From NCBI GenBank assembly GCA_963720375.1, contig CAVRFM010000009.1, positions 25,202 through 89,201 on the forward strand: a stretch of DNA of 64,000 nt, in the 5' to 3' direction. The notes below the pieces were generated by a model. That model made no database searches. It was not told where the DNA came from and worked only from the letters and a program-made list of their open reading frames with translations. Below are positions 40,193 to 50,562 of the stretch, one piece after another (position 1 is the stretch's first letter; every line of letters starts with the position of its first letter). A program made the translations under genes and the position numbers. This DNA is from an uncultured Chloroflexia bacterium. Lineage in GTDB: Bacteria; Chloroflexota; Dehalococcoidia; UBA2247; RBG-13-53-26.

Positions 40193-43100
40193 TCAAGGCC
40201 TATTTGCGTGGTTTAGTAGAAATAGACCGGTGTGTGATGGACGTGGTCTCCTCTGCCACCGTGGATCCTGCGGATCAATAATAGTCTGTCTCTCTACAGG
40301 TTTCTTTGGCCTTGTCACCACAAACATGAAAACTAGGAGCAGAGAAACCAGCACGATGCCCAGCCAGAGCCAGGCTGAGGAGGCATGGGACGTCTGTTGG
40401 GCTTGGATACTGAAGCTGTCAGACAGGGTTGCAGTATCACTCGCTGTGGTCACTGATACATTTCTTAGACCAACCGTGGCTGTCTGATCAATCGTTATTG
40501 TAGCGGTTATCTGAGTCGGACTATCCACAGTGAAGCTCTCTACTCTGATGCCATCACCCAGACTGACTTCAAGCACGCCGTCCAAATTTACCCCGGTGAT
40601 AATTATGGTGAGCGTTTCCCCAGGGGAACCAGAGGCGGAGCTCACTCCTGTGATTGTTGGAGGTGGAAGGAACAGGGACGGGGACGGTTACTGTGAAACC
40701 GCCGGGGAGTGTTGCGGTGCCACCTGGTGTGTTGATGGAGACAATCCTGGTACCTTCTGCAGCAATGCCGTCAATAGTAAGGCTGGCGGTTATCTGAGTT
40801 GAGCTGTCGATGCTGACGATAGTGGCTGTTATTCCTGAGCCGAAGTCAACGGAAGTGGCCCCGGTAAGATAAGTGCCGGTGATGATGACACCGTTTAAGG
40901 TCTGCCCCTGAATGCCCTGGTTAGGGCTGATTGAAGTTACGGTGGGAAGAGCCGGGTTGACTGTGAAGGCATTAGCCAGAGGGGCTGATGAGCCACCTGG
41001 GGTGGTCACTGTTATGCTCCTTGTTCCTGGAGCAGCAGCGGGGTTGATAGTGATATTAGCCGTTATCTGAGTTGGACTGTTCACGTCGAGGCTATTCACC
41101 GTTATGCCTGAGCCAAAGCTGACCGAAGTGGCCCCGGTAAGATAAGTGCCGGTGATGATGACACCGTTTAAGGTCTGCCCCTGAATGCCCTGGTTAGGGC
41201 TGATTGAAGTTACGGTGGGAAGAGCCGGGTTGACTGTGAAGGCATTAGCCAGAGGGACTGATGAGCCACCTGGGGTGGTCACTGTTATGCTCCTTGTTCC
41301 TGGAGCAGCAGCGGGGTTGATAGTGATATTAGCCGTTATCTGAGTTGGACTGTTCACGTCGAGGCTATTCACCGTTATGCCTGAGCCAAAGCTGACCGAA
41401 GTGGCTCCAGTGAAATAGGTGCCGGTGATGATGACACCGTTTAAGGTCTGCCCCTGAATGCCCTGGTTAGGGCTGATTGAAGTTACGGTGGGAGGAGCCG
41501 GATTGACTGTGAAGGCATTGGCCAGAGGGGCTGATGAGCCACCTGGGGTGGTCACTGTTATGCTCCTTGCTCCTGGCGCAGCAGCGGGGTCGATAGTGAT
41601 ATTGGCGGTGATCTGTGTTGAGCTGTTTACAGTGAAGCTGGTGACGGTTATACCAGCGCCGAAATCGACCGTTGTCGCGCCACTGAGATTGCTGCCGGTG
41701 ATCACCACATCCAATGCCTGGTCTTGATCAGCAGAGTCAGGACTCACTCCTGTGATTGTTGGAGGTGGAACAGGAACAGGGACGGGGGCGGTTACTGTGA
41801 AACCGCCGGGGAGCGTTGCGGTGCCACCTGGGGTGTTTATGGAAACAATCCTGGTGCCTTCTGCAGCAGTGCCGTCAATAGTAATACTGGCGGTTATCTG
41901 GGTTGGGCTGTCGATGCTGACGATAGTAGCTGTTATGCCTGAGCCGAAGTCAACGGAGGTAGCCCCGGTAAGGTAGGTGCCGGTAAGGATAACATTGCTC
42001 AAGGTCTGCCCCTGAATGCCCTGGTTAGGGCTGACACCTGTTATGGTGGGAGGAGCCGGATTGACTGTGAAGGCATTAGCCAGGGGGGCTGATGAACCAC
42101 CTGGGGTGGTCACAGTCACGCTCCTTGCTCCTGGCGCGGCAGCGGGGTCGATAGTGATATTGGCGGTTATCTGAGTTGGACTGTTCACGGTTAGGCTATT
42201 CACCGTTATGCTCGTGCCAAAACTGACTGAAGTGGCCCCGGTAAGATAGGTGCCGGTGAGGGTAACATTGCTCAAGGTCTGCCCCTGAATGCCCTGGTTA
42301 GGGCTGACGTTGCTTATCGTGGGCAGCGCCTGATTCACCGTGAAGCCATCAGTCAGAGTAGCTATGCCTCCTGGAGTGGTCACTGAGATATTCCTTGACC
42401 CAGGAGTGGCAGTGCTACTGATGGTGATATTGGTGGTTATCTGGGTTGGACTGTTCACAGTGAGGCTATTCACCGTTATGCCCGTGCCAAAGCTGACTGA
42501 GGTAGCCCCGGTAAGGTAGGTGCCGGTGAGGATAACACTGCTCAAGGTCTGTCCCTGAATTCCCTGGTTAGGGCTGACGTTGCTTATGGTCGGCGATGCC
42601 TGATTTACGGTGAAGCCACTGGTGAGAGTGCCCGTCCCTCCTGGGGTGGTCACAGTCACGCTCCTTGCTCCTGGCGCGGCAGCGGGGTCGATAGTGATAT
42701 TGGCGGTTATCTGAGTTGGACTGTTCACGGTTAGGCTATTCACCGTTATGCTTGTGCCAAAACTGACTGAAGTGGCCCCGGTAAGGTAGGTGCCGGTGAG
42801 GGTAACATTGCTCAAGGTCTGTCCCTGAATGCCATGGTTAGGGCTGACCAAGCTAATGGTGGGAGGAGCCTGATTGACTGTGAAGGTATTGGCCAGGGGG
42901 GCTGATGAGCCACCTGGAGTGGTCACAGTCACGCTCCTTGCTCCTGGCGCGGCAGCGGGGTCGATAGTGATATTGGCGGTTATCTGGGTTGGACTGTTCA
43001 CGGTTAGGCTATTCACCGTTATGCCCGTGCCAAAGCTGACCGAGGTGGCCCCGCTAAGATAGGTGCCGGTAAGGGTAACACTGCTCAAGGTCTGCCCCTG

Positions 43101-43751
43101 AATGCCCTGGTTAGGGCTGACCGAGCTTATGGTGGGCGATGCCGGCGAGATGCTGATGTAATCCACCTTTGTCCTGCTATCGTGGTCCGCGTCGGCCTCA
43201 GTGACAGTAAGCATCACTGTGTAGACACCATCCTGGGTGTATTGGTGAGACGGATTCTGCTGGGTGCTGGTCTGGCCATCGCCGAAGTCCCACAGCCAGG
43301 AGACGATGCCGTCATAGGAGGTGGACAGGTCAGTGAAAGCCACGGTCAGTGGCTCAGTCCCGCTGGTTGGTGTGGCTGAGAAGTCAGCCGCTGGTGTGGT
43401 ATCAGAGACCATGATGTAGTCAGCCTTTGTTTCAAGGTCACTGTCACTGTCGGTCTCAGTGACAGTAAGCGTCACTGTGTAGACACCATCCTGGGTGTAT
43501 TGGTGAGACGGATTCTGCTCGATGCTGGTCTGGCCATCGCCGAAGTCCCACAGCCAGGAGACGATGCCATCATTGGAGGTGGACAGGTCAGTGAAAGCCA
43601 CGGTCAGTGGCTCAGTCCCGCTGGTTGGTGTGGCCGAGAAGTCAGCCGTCGGCGAGCCATCTGCGGAGACTGGCCGGGATAGCAGAAATGCAAGAGCCAC
43701 AATAGCCAGAGTCAGAACCAGCGCGCTTGTCTTATTCCAGAAGCCTGTCAA
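40193..43751 (-). CDS. large cell-surface protein: signal/anchor, 2 PKD domains, ~11 tandem ~93-aa Ig-like repeats, C-terminal TM anchor; +1 frameshift near 40667
   Basis: N-terminal hydrophobic segment. PKD motifs WLWDFGDGQTS...HQYTQDGVYTV twice. Repeats of the form SPNQGIQGQTL..TGTYLTGATSVSFG.GITVNSL.VNSPTQITANITI.PAAAPG.RS.TVTTPGG. The last repeat continues in the next frame (ORF 40193..40645) into AWLWLGIVLVSLLLVFMFVVTRPKK. Extra t in ccttcc. Confidence 0.8.
40700..43150. repeat. coding tandem repeat array (~279-bp period, ~11 units, adjacent units up to >95% identical at DNA level)
   Basis: For example 40925-41000 is essentially identical to 41205-41280. 42100-42230 is essentially identical to 42640-42770. 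Confidence 0.85.
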
Positions 43752-44353
43752 TTTCGGCCTCTCCTCCTCTGGTTCCGTATCTGAACAGTGCTGCCAGACT
43801 TTTCACTCAGTCGATTGAGACGGAGGCTACAAGACTTACCTCGGAGTCAGTCACTCGAATTTCGACTAGATAATACACGATGTGCCTCAGGCTGTCATCA
43901 TCTGCACGGACTGTCCTTTTGGCAGGATGGCCCGCGTATTGTCCGATGATTGGTGGGTAGGGGCAACTTCCCTTTGCCGCAGTGTGACATAAGTCGCTGA
44001 AGTTAGCCTGCAAGGGGGCCAGAATTATGGTCGGGGGAAGGTAATGAGACGTAGAGCAACTTGCAGAGTAACTTGCGCCTATTGCAGGAGGTTCCCGCGT
44101 TATAGGGCTGGGCTTGTTTACCTGTGCGCATATCATGCCAGGTACAAGCGGCCGGATGGGGTATTGCCGGTGAGGATATCGTGACGGGACATGCCCGCTG
44201 GAATGGGAGTCCGGATAGCGGGAGACACCTCGTAGGAATCCTGGAGATGATGCAGGGGCATAACTGCTCTGCCGCGTTTGCTGGCAGTCTGAAGTTCTGC
44301 AGGATAGGTTTTGTTCGAAAGACTGGATGGAGGCCGTATGAAGGAGTCGTGTG

Positions 44354-44968
44354 CTAGCCCCTGCTCGGCTCCCATTCTTCGAAGACAACGGTCATTTTAG
44401 TAGCCTTCTTTTTCCACTGGTCATTTTCCCTGACGTATTCGTCGTCGTAGAAGCCCCAGCCCTTCCTCTTAGTGTTTGACTGTATGACTATATAGTCATT
44501 CAATACCCATGTACCTCTGGCGGTGTTGTCGCCGGTTATCTCAATCTCGGCGTTATGGCCCATATGGAAGGTGGTAGAGGACTCTTGCCCCAGGCTTTGC
44601 TTTAAGAACTGGATTATGGCCTCTCTTCCTTGACACTTTCGGCGCGGCCCATAGTCGGCTACCGCATCTTCTGTGAAACACTCGGCGAGTTCATTCCACA
44701 GCTTCCTGTCGACGCAGCGCCAATATTTGCATTTCAGCCTCTTGATGGCTTCGATGTCCTCCAGGGTTTTGATTCGGGCTTCAAGGCTCGCTGGCTTGCT
44801 CATGAGAACGGCCTCCTTTCCAATAGTTGCTGCTTTACTGCCGCAACCACCGGGGTTTGCTTTTCTGAGTATACGGGCAGTCCTGGATAACAGACAAGCC
44901 AGATCGTTTTTGTCGATGGTCTGCCCTGATGACTTGCGACCCCTGAGATTACCTCCGATCAGAAGCAT
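44354..44968 (-). CDS. SnoaL/NTF2-like domain protein
   Basis: LEDIEAIKRLKCKYWRCVDRKLWNELAECFTEDAV resembles the SnoaL_4/NTF2-like fold. Likely start at the internal Met (MSKPASLE), giving ~150 aa. Confidence 0.55.
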   Translation of the reverse strand: MLLIGGNLRGRKSSGQTIDKNDLACLLSRTARILRKANPGGCGSKAATIGKEAVLMSKPASLEARIKTLEDIEAIKRLKCKYWRCVDRKLWNELAECFTEDAVADYGPRRKCQGREAIIQFLKQSLGQESSTTFHMGHNAEIEITGDNTARGTWVLNDYIVIQSNTKRKGWGFYDDEYVRENDQWKKKATKMTVVFEEWEPSRG

Positions 44969-45018
44969 TGAGATTACGGGTTGCCCGTGTTCTGTGAAGT
45001 GAGGTATGCTGTTTCATA

Positions 45019-45588
45019 GTGAGGAGGCTCGGTATGAATGAATTGAGCGACTACAGCGGGGAATTCGATCCCGGTGTCACCTACGAGAACTTTTCCAAGG
45101 ATTTCCTGCTGAAGGCTTTGAAGGCATATGCGGGCTACATTCGGAAGCTGGACGGTATCTGGTATCTTACGGTGAAGCAGCAGACGGATGACGACATGGC
45201 CTTTGCCTGCGACAGGCTGGTGTGGGACAAGATGGAGGTCCATGACGTGGAGACGACCTGCAAGCTGTTCAAAATCGGGAGCATGGATGTGGCGGCCTTG
45301 ATCAAAGCACTGCAAATGAGCCCCTGGACGTGGAATCTGGAGCACCATTTTGAGTTGAAGAATGCCAATCACGGGGTTTGGACGGTGACTCGCTGCCCCA
45401 CACTGCTGGCTCTGGAGAAAGAGGGAGAGGGCAGGGAGCGCCGCATCTGCCGCCAGATTGAGACCGAACTGATTGGACTGAGAGCGCACACCATAAACCC
45501 GCGGATCAAAGTTACCCCGCTGAAGCTGCCTCCGAGGAAGAAGAAGGACGATATTCATTGCCAGTGGGAGTTCAAACTGGAAGGGTAG
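45019..45588 (+). CDS. hypothetical protein (likely start at MNELSDY, 45034)
   Basis: RBS gaggagg lies 6 nt before the second ATG. The C-terminal ~45 aa have a paralogous fragment at 5900..6058. Confidence 0.5.
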   Translation: MRRLGMNELSDYSGEFDPGVTYENFSKDFLLKALKAYAGYIRKLDGIWYLTVKQQTDDDMAFACDRLVWDKMEVHDVETTCKLFKIGSMDVAALIKALQMSPWTWNLEHHFELKNANHGVWTVTRCPTLLALEKEGEGRERRICRQIETELIGLRAHTINPRIKVTPLKLPPRKKKDDIHCQWEFKLEG

Positions 45589-45704
45589 GCTCCCTGCATC
45601 AGGTCTGAACGGAGGTGCTTAATGTCCACCAGGGCTGTTTGGCAGGAGAAGGAGGGGCATAATTGCATGCAGATATGGCATTGTCGGGGTGAAGTGGCAG
45701 TCTT

Positions 45705-47153
45705 ATGACGATGCATTCGGATCTGGAGAGGGCTTTTCATCCCAAATCCGTTGCTATTGTTGGCGTTCCCAGGAGTGAGGCCAACCATCCGCCGGGTTAT
45801 ACGGGATACACCTTTCTGCGCCTGCTGCAGCAGGCCGGGTTCGAAGGGCATATCTATCCGGTTAACCCTAATGCCAGCGTTATCGCAGACCTGAAAGTAT
45901 ACCCCAGCGTTACAGCCATTCCTGAGCCGCTGGACCTGGTCATAGTCGCGGTGCCGCTGGCAGCGGTGCCCCGGGTGCTGGAAGACTGTGTGGCTGCCGG
46001 GGCGGTTAATGTGCAGATTGCCACTGCGGGTTTCTCTGAAACCGGTGAGGCTGCAGGTAGAGAAATGGAAGCTAAGGTGCGGGAGATCGCCTTGAGAGGA
46101 GGCCTTCGCGTAGTGGGGCCGAACTGCCTGGGCTACCATGTGCCGTCTGCCCGCATGCAGATGTATGACAAGATCGTGCTGGCCCAGGGCCCGGTGGCCT
46201 TCCTCTCACAGAGCGGGGGCCACGGCCAGGGTTATGTGAGGATTGGGCCGGCCTTCGGCATTGGCTTCAGCAAGGTGATCAGCTACGGGAATGCGCTGAT
46301 GATGGACTGCACCGATTTCCTGGAGTATCTGGCTACCGATCTGGAGACCCGCATCATATGTATGTACCTTGAGGGTATCAGGGACGGCCGCAGGCTCGTC
46401 GAACTGGTGAGGCAGATAGACTCTCACAAGCCAATCGTTGTCTGGAAGGGAGGCCTCACTGCCTCAGGGGCGAGGGCTGCGGCGACGCACACCGGTTCTC
46501 TGGCGGGAGACGGTCAGATCTGGGATGCCTTCTTCAAACAGACCGGAGCGATACAGGTCGGCTCGATTGAAGAGATGGCCGATGTCAGCATGACGTTGCT
46601 CCAGTTGAAACCATCGCCGGGTGCGCGTTTGGCCGTGCTCGGAGGCGGCGGAGGCAATAACGTGGCCACCGCCGACACCTGTGCTGAGGAAGGTCTGGAA
46701 CTGCCAGCCCCCTCTGCGGAGACGAGAGCCAGGCTTTTGGAGTTTATAACCCTGGTAAATCAGAGCGTGGTTAATCCGATGGATGCCGGCAGCGTATTTG
46801 GCAGTATGGCTATGCTGCGGCGGGCACTGGAGGCGTTGGCTGCTGACCCTCTGATAGATATCATCGTGCTGCACATGGGCGCTGATTATGCAAAGTGGTT
46901 CTCCCCTCAGGCACTGGCCGAATTCAAGGCCTGCATCGTGGATTTCAATAATAAGGGCCCCACGGGCAAGCCGGTGGTCGCGGCAATTAACGAGCAGGAG
47001 AAGCCTGCTGAGGCAGCAGAGTTTGTCCGCGATCTGAGGCAGTCCGGTATAACTACCTATGGCTCCCTGCGCAGGGCCTGCCGGGCGCTGCGTCGGTTTG
47101 CCGGTTACCACAGGTTTGTGGCGGAGAGCAGGGCCGATCAAAGCAGAGTTTAG
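45705..47153 (+). CDS. acetate--CoA ligase (ADP-forming) alpha-like / CoA-binding domain protein
   Basis: PKSVAIVGVPRSE...GHIYPVNP (CoA_binding), LRVVGPNCLG, FLSQSGGHG (succinyl-CoA-synthetase-like flavodoxin domain). 482 aa. No ATP-grasp subunit nearby. Confidence 0.75.
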   Translation: MTMHSDLERAFHPKSVAIVGVPRSEANHPPGYTGYTFLRLLQQAGFEGHIYPVNPNASVIADLKVYPSVTAIPEPLDLVIVAVPLAAVPRVLEDCVAAGAVNVQIATAGFSETGEAAGREMEAKVREIALRGGLRVVGPNCLGYHVPSARMQMYDKIVLAQGPVAFLSQSGGHGQGYVRIGPAFGIGFSKVISYGNALMMDCTDFLEYLATDLETRIICMYLEGIRDGRRLVELVRQIDSHKPIVVWKGGLTASGARAAATHTGSLAGDGQIWDAFFKQTGAIQVGSIEEMADVSMTLLQLKPSPGARLAVLGGGGGNNVATADTCAEEGLELPAPSAETRARLLEFITLVNQSVVNPMDAGSVFGSMAMLRRALEALAADPLIDIIVLHMGADYAKWFSPQALAEFKACIVDFNNKGPTGKPVVAAINEQEKPAEAAEFVRDLRQSGITTYGSLRRACRALRRFAGYHRFVAESRADQSRV

Positions 47154-47200
47154 GAGATGAATAAGTACGCTGGCGGTACTGCATCTCCGGGGAGGTTAAC

Positions 47201-48211
47201 ATGGAGACGAGCGATGTCTATACCGGATTGATGGAGAGGTTGAAGTACCCCAATTCGAAACATCTGCGGGGGATACTGCAGAAGCTGGTGACACCTGTGG
47301 AAGGCCAATTATTGCTGGAGTTGCCTGCCGAACCCGCTGTGCTTGCCCAGAAGTCAGGGTTGGATGAGCAAACCGTGCAGGCAAAACTGCAGGAACTTGT
47401 GGAGAAGGGATTGATCATCAAGTCGAGCAAGGGCCTCCGGTTTGTCCGCGATGTCACCCAGTTGCACGACGCTAATCTGTCCAGTTCGGATAAGTGGGTT
47501 GATAGTGAGCTTCTCGACATGTGGAAGGAGTTCTACGAAGGCGAGTGGTTTGATACCATGAAGACCATCCCCACAGACTCCTATGTGCAGTACGTCAGGG
47601 TCGTGCCTGCCTGGAAGGCTGTTGAGCGCAGCCCGAGCGTCTCCCTTCAGGAGCTTCGTTTCGAAGAGAACCTGAAGGAGCTGGTCAAGAGCGCGGAGGT
47701 GATCGCGGTGGTCCCCTGTACCTGTCGCAGATCGATGCGGCGGTGTAAGGCTGCAGTCGAGAACTGCATTCAATTTAACCGGGGTGCTGAGTATGCTATA
47801 GGCCGGGGAGCAGGCCGCAGGATTTCTGCGGAGGAGGCCATGGCTATCTTCGGCCAGGCTGAGGAAGCCGGCCTGGTTCATACCTGGCCCTTCGCAGTAG
47901 CGGGTTCCCCCCGTCTCAACGAGGTGTGCAACTGCTGTATTGACTGTTGTGCTATCTTCGATGCCGGCTTCAAGTTCGGCACCATAAGCCGGATTCTGGA
48001 GAAGAGCCACCTGAGGGCTGAGGTGGCTCAGGATTCCTGCACGGGCTGCCAGGACTGCGTTGAAAGGTGCTTTTTCAGTGCCATAGAGATGAAGAAATAT
48101 CCCTCGGCGAAGAAACTGAAGGCCTCGGTTGACAGAGAGAAGTGCTTCGGCTGCGGTGTCTGCGTGTTGTCCTGTGCTCCCGATGCTATGACCATGAAGT
48201 TAGTGAAATAG
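47201..48211 (+). CDS. Cys-rich Fe-S cluster-binding protein (4Fe-4S dicluster-like)
   Basis: Good RBS. Motifs PCTCRRSMRRC, CNCCIDCC, CTGCQDCVERC, CFGCGVCVLSCAP. 336 aa. Confidence 0.6.
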   Translation: METSDVYTGLMERLKYPNSKHLRGILQKLVTPVEGQLLLELPAEPAVLAQKSGLDEQTVQAKLQELVEKGLIIKSSKGLRFVRDVTQLHDANLSSSDKWVDSELLDMWKEFYEGEWFDTMKTIPTDSYVQYVRVVPAWKAVERSPSVSLQELRFEENLKELVKSAEVIAVVPCTCRRSMRRCKAAVENCIQFNRGAEYAIGRGAGRRISAEEAMAIFGQAEEAGLVHTWPFAVAGSPRLNEVCNCCIDCCAIFDAGFKFGTISRILEKSHLRAEVAQDSCTGCQDCVERCFFSAIEMKKYPSAKKLKASVDREKCFGCGVCVLSCAPDAMTMKLVK

Positions 48212-48575
48212 CATGCCTGGTGCAGGTGGAAAGGTTCAACGAAGAGGGCTGATACCTGACCTGGCTCAAGATTGCCAACGATACTGAAACAATGTAGAAT
48301 CCAACTCAATATGATGCTTCGGAAGGTGGCGTTGGGCAAGAAGACGGGCATCGAAATTCGACAGACAGTATCCAAAACTGATGAATCAGAGCACCCCAGC
48401 AAGGCCAGTATTGCTGCCATGGCCGTGGGCTTGGCATGGCTTATGGAAGAGGGTGAGGCAGCCTCTGCAAGAGGGCAAGAGGCGATGGTTCCCGTGCACG
48501 GGGCCGGGGAGGGCCCCTGGATCATTGCCGGCAGGGAGCAGCAGATGCGCTCTCGAGGAAAGGTAGTGCACCACA

Positions 48576-49055
48576 ATGGGGAAGACCTTCAAAATCATAG
48601 TAAATGGCAGACCGTACACTGTGGAAGTGGGCCGCCTTTCCGATTCTCCTATTGCGGTGCGGGTCGATGGAGAGGTCTTTCACGTCGATCTGGAAAAAGA
48701 GGATTATAAGGCGGCTGCCACACCGGACACTGTAACGAAGGCAGCAGCGGATGCAGGTCCGGCGTCGTCTCCGGTTGCAGCAAGAAATGCATCCCAACAA
48801 ACGCCAACCAGGGCGACGTCAGGAGTGCCTGCAGCCTCCGGAGATAAGGTTGTTACTGCTCCGATGCCTGGCGTGGTTTTGGTCGTGAGGGTGAGGGAGG
48901 GGGATCGGGTGAAGCACGGGCAAGAGGTCTGTGTTATGGAATCGATGAAGATGGAATTGAATATTATGGCGACCTGCGATGGTGTGGTGAGGAAGGTCTG
49001 TGTTGCCGCAGGACAAAGCGTGGTAAATGGCACTGTGCTGATTGAGCTTGGATAG
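48576..49055 (+). CDS. biotin/lipoyl-attachment domain protein (biotin carboxyl carrier-like)
   Basis: C-terminal biotinyl domain with ESMKME, where Lys is the attachment site. Ala/Pro/Ser-rich linker. 159 aa. Confidence 0.75.
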   Translation: MGKTFKIIVNGRPYTVEVGRLSDSPIAVRVDGEVFHVDLEKEDYKAAATPDTVTKAAADAGPASSPVAARNASQQTPTRATSGVPAASGDKVVTAPMPGVVLVVRVREGDRVKHGQEVCVMESMKMELNIMATCDGVVRKVCVAAGQSVVNGTVLIELG

Positions 49056-49387
49056 AGGTTATTTGGTAGCACTGGTGCCGCAGTTCATGAAATAGGCTGG
49101 TACGGAAGGAGTATAGTAAATGTCGAGCAGGACTCAGTTGAAGGGTGCCAAGAAGAACAGGGGCAAGCACAGTAAGGAGGGCAGAAGGGGAGGGTCCCGC
49201 CCACAGCTCCAACCCGATGAACCCTTCATAAAACCGCTTCACAAAGAACCCCCCGCCCATACCCATGCCCATAAGGACAAGGGTGAAGAGCCGGAAAGCC
49301 CTTAAGCGTTCAAAAGCAGCAAATTCCTTTCTCTGTGATGCAGAACGAAGCTTTCCTCTGTGTCAGGCATGGGTCCTCCTGCGGGGT

Positions 49388-50332
49388 TTAGAGCAGCCCT
49401 TCAAGCGAAGGTTTGAAATGCACTCCGGCCAGTTCCTCTCCTGGGGAAAGGTCTTGGACCCAGCCCTCCAATCCTAGTCTATCCAGGAACTTCATTATCT
49501 GCTCGTATTCAGCCTCATTCACCCTGCGGTTGATCTCCGGATAGAGGTCGGCCTTGAAATACGGCTGGTATTGGAACATCAGGCTGATGACTGCCTGGGG
49601 GGTATTCTCGTTTATCCACGAAAGCACCTTGATTGTTTCGTCTATGTGGCCGGGGAGGACCAGATGACGGATAACGAGACCCTCCTTCAGCAAATCCCCC
49701 TCCCAGATGGCCTGCTTCTGCCTGTACATCTTGTGAAGAGCCCTTTGATTCACCGGAGGGTAGTCCGGAGCGTTGGAATACCTCTCTGCCAGGGATGGGG
49801 TGACATACCGCATATCCGCCAGATAAACATCCACGATTTCCCCCAGGATTTCTACGGTCTCCTCTGTCTCATAGCCCGAGGTGTTATAGACCAGAGGCAA
49901 TCTGAGCCCGTTCTGAAAAGAGATAGCGAGCGCCTCCAGAATCTGAGGCAGGAAGTGCGTCGGGGTGACCAGGTTGATGTTCTCGGCGCCCCTCTCCTGC
50001 AGACTTAACATAATTTGGGCCAGTTCGCTGCCGGTTATCTTGTTCCCTTCCAGAGAGTGAGAGAACCGGTAGTTCTGACAGTAGGCGCATTTCAGGTTGC
50101 ACCCCGAGAAGAATATGGTGCCGCTGCCCCTCTGCCCGCTGATGCCCGGCTCTTCCCCGTGATGAAGAAAGGCGGTATAGACGACCAGGTCTTTACCCGC
50201 CCCGCAATAGCCTGTTTGACCCTCCAGTCTGTTTACCTGACAATTCCTGGGGCAAAGGCTGCAACTCTGCCACCGTTTATAGAGGGCTTCCTGTCTTTCT
50301 GCTGTCAGCCTGGCTTTTATCGTCGGGTCCAT
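49388..50332 (-). CDS. radical SAM protein (PflA-like / AmmeMemoRadiSam-like)
   Basis: CNLKCAYCQN radical SAM CxxxCxxC. N-terminal CSLCPRNC...GYCG. 314 aa. Confidence 0.8.
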   Translation of the reverse strand: MDPTIKARLTAERQEALYKRWQSCSLCPRNCQVNRLEGQTGYCGAGKDLVVYTAFLHHGEEPGISGQRGSGTIFFSGCNLKCAYCQNYRFSHSLEGNKITGSELAQIMLSLQERGAENINLVTPTHFLPQILEALAISFQNGLRLPLVYNTSGYETEETVEILGEIVDVYLADMRYVTPSLAERYSNAPDYPPVNQRALHKMYRQKQAIWEGDLLKEGLVIRHLVLPGHIDETIKVLSWINENTPQAVISLMFQYQPYFKADLYPEINRRVNEAEYEQIMKFLDRLGLEGWVQDLSPGEELAGVHFKPSLEGLL

Positions 50333-50562
50333 TTCTTATGCTCTAAGGCAGTATTCTCCTGGCTGTATGGGGTCACCATTACGAATATTGCCAGTCTTCT
50401 GTTGGGTACGTCAAGCTGACTGATGATACTGTGCCTCAGGTATGCCTGGGCTCGATGGCGGCATCATGCGTGGCCTTTCCAGAGCCATAGGGAGCTGTGG
50501 TAAAATAACCACACACGAATTATTGCCAGTATGTCTGAATTTGAAGGAGGGGCAAGACAACT

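Noticed and set aside
40700-43150. Highly regular ~279-bp direct repeats that could be mistaken for a CRISPR array
   Set aside because: The repeats are long, contiguous with no unique spacers, and lie in frame inside a 3.5-kb surface-protein ORF. They are protein-domain repeats, not CRISPR.
43751-44354. Possible RNase P or other ncRNA in the 600-bp intergenic region (gggagtccggatagc resembles part of the P4 region)
   Set aside because: The full RNase P conserved core (GGAAAGUCCGGGCUCC...GGUAAGGGUGAAA) is not present on either strand. No tRNA-like T-arm or acceptor pattern was found in any intergenic region either.
43807-44388. 193-aa ORF in the region upstream of the surface-protein gene
   Set aside because: Ser/Arg/Pro-rich, with no RBS. 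It lies within what looks like a ~600-bp 5' leader or promoter region. Treated as non-coding.
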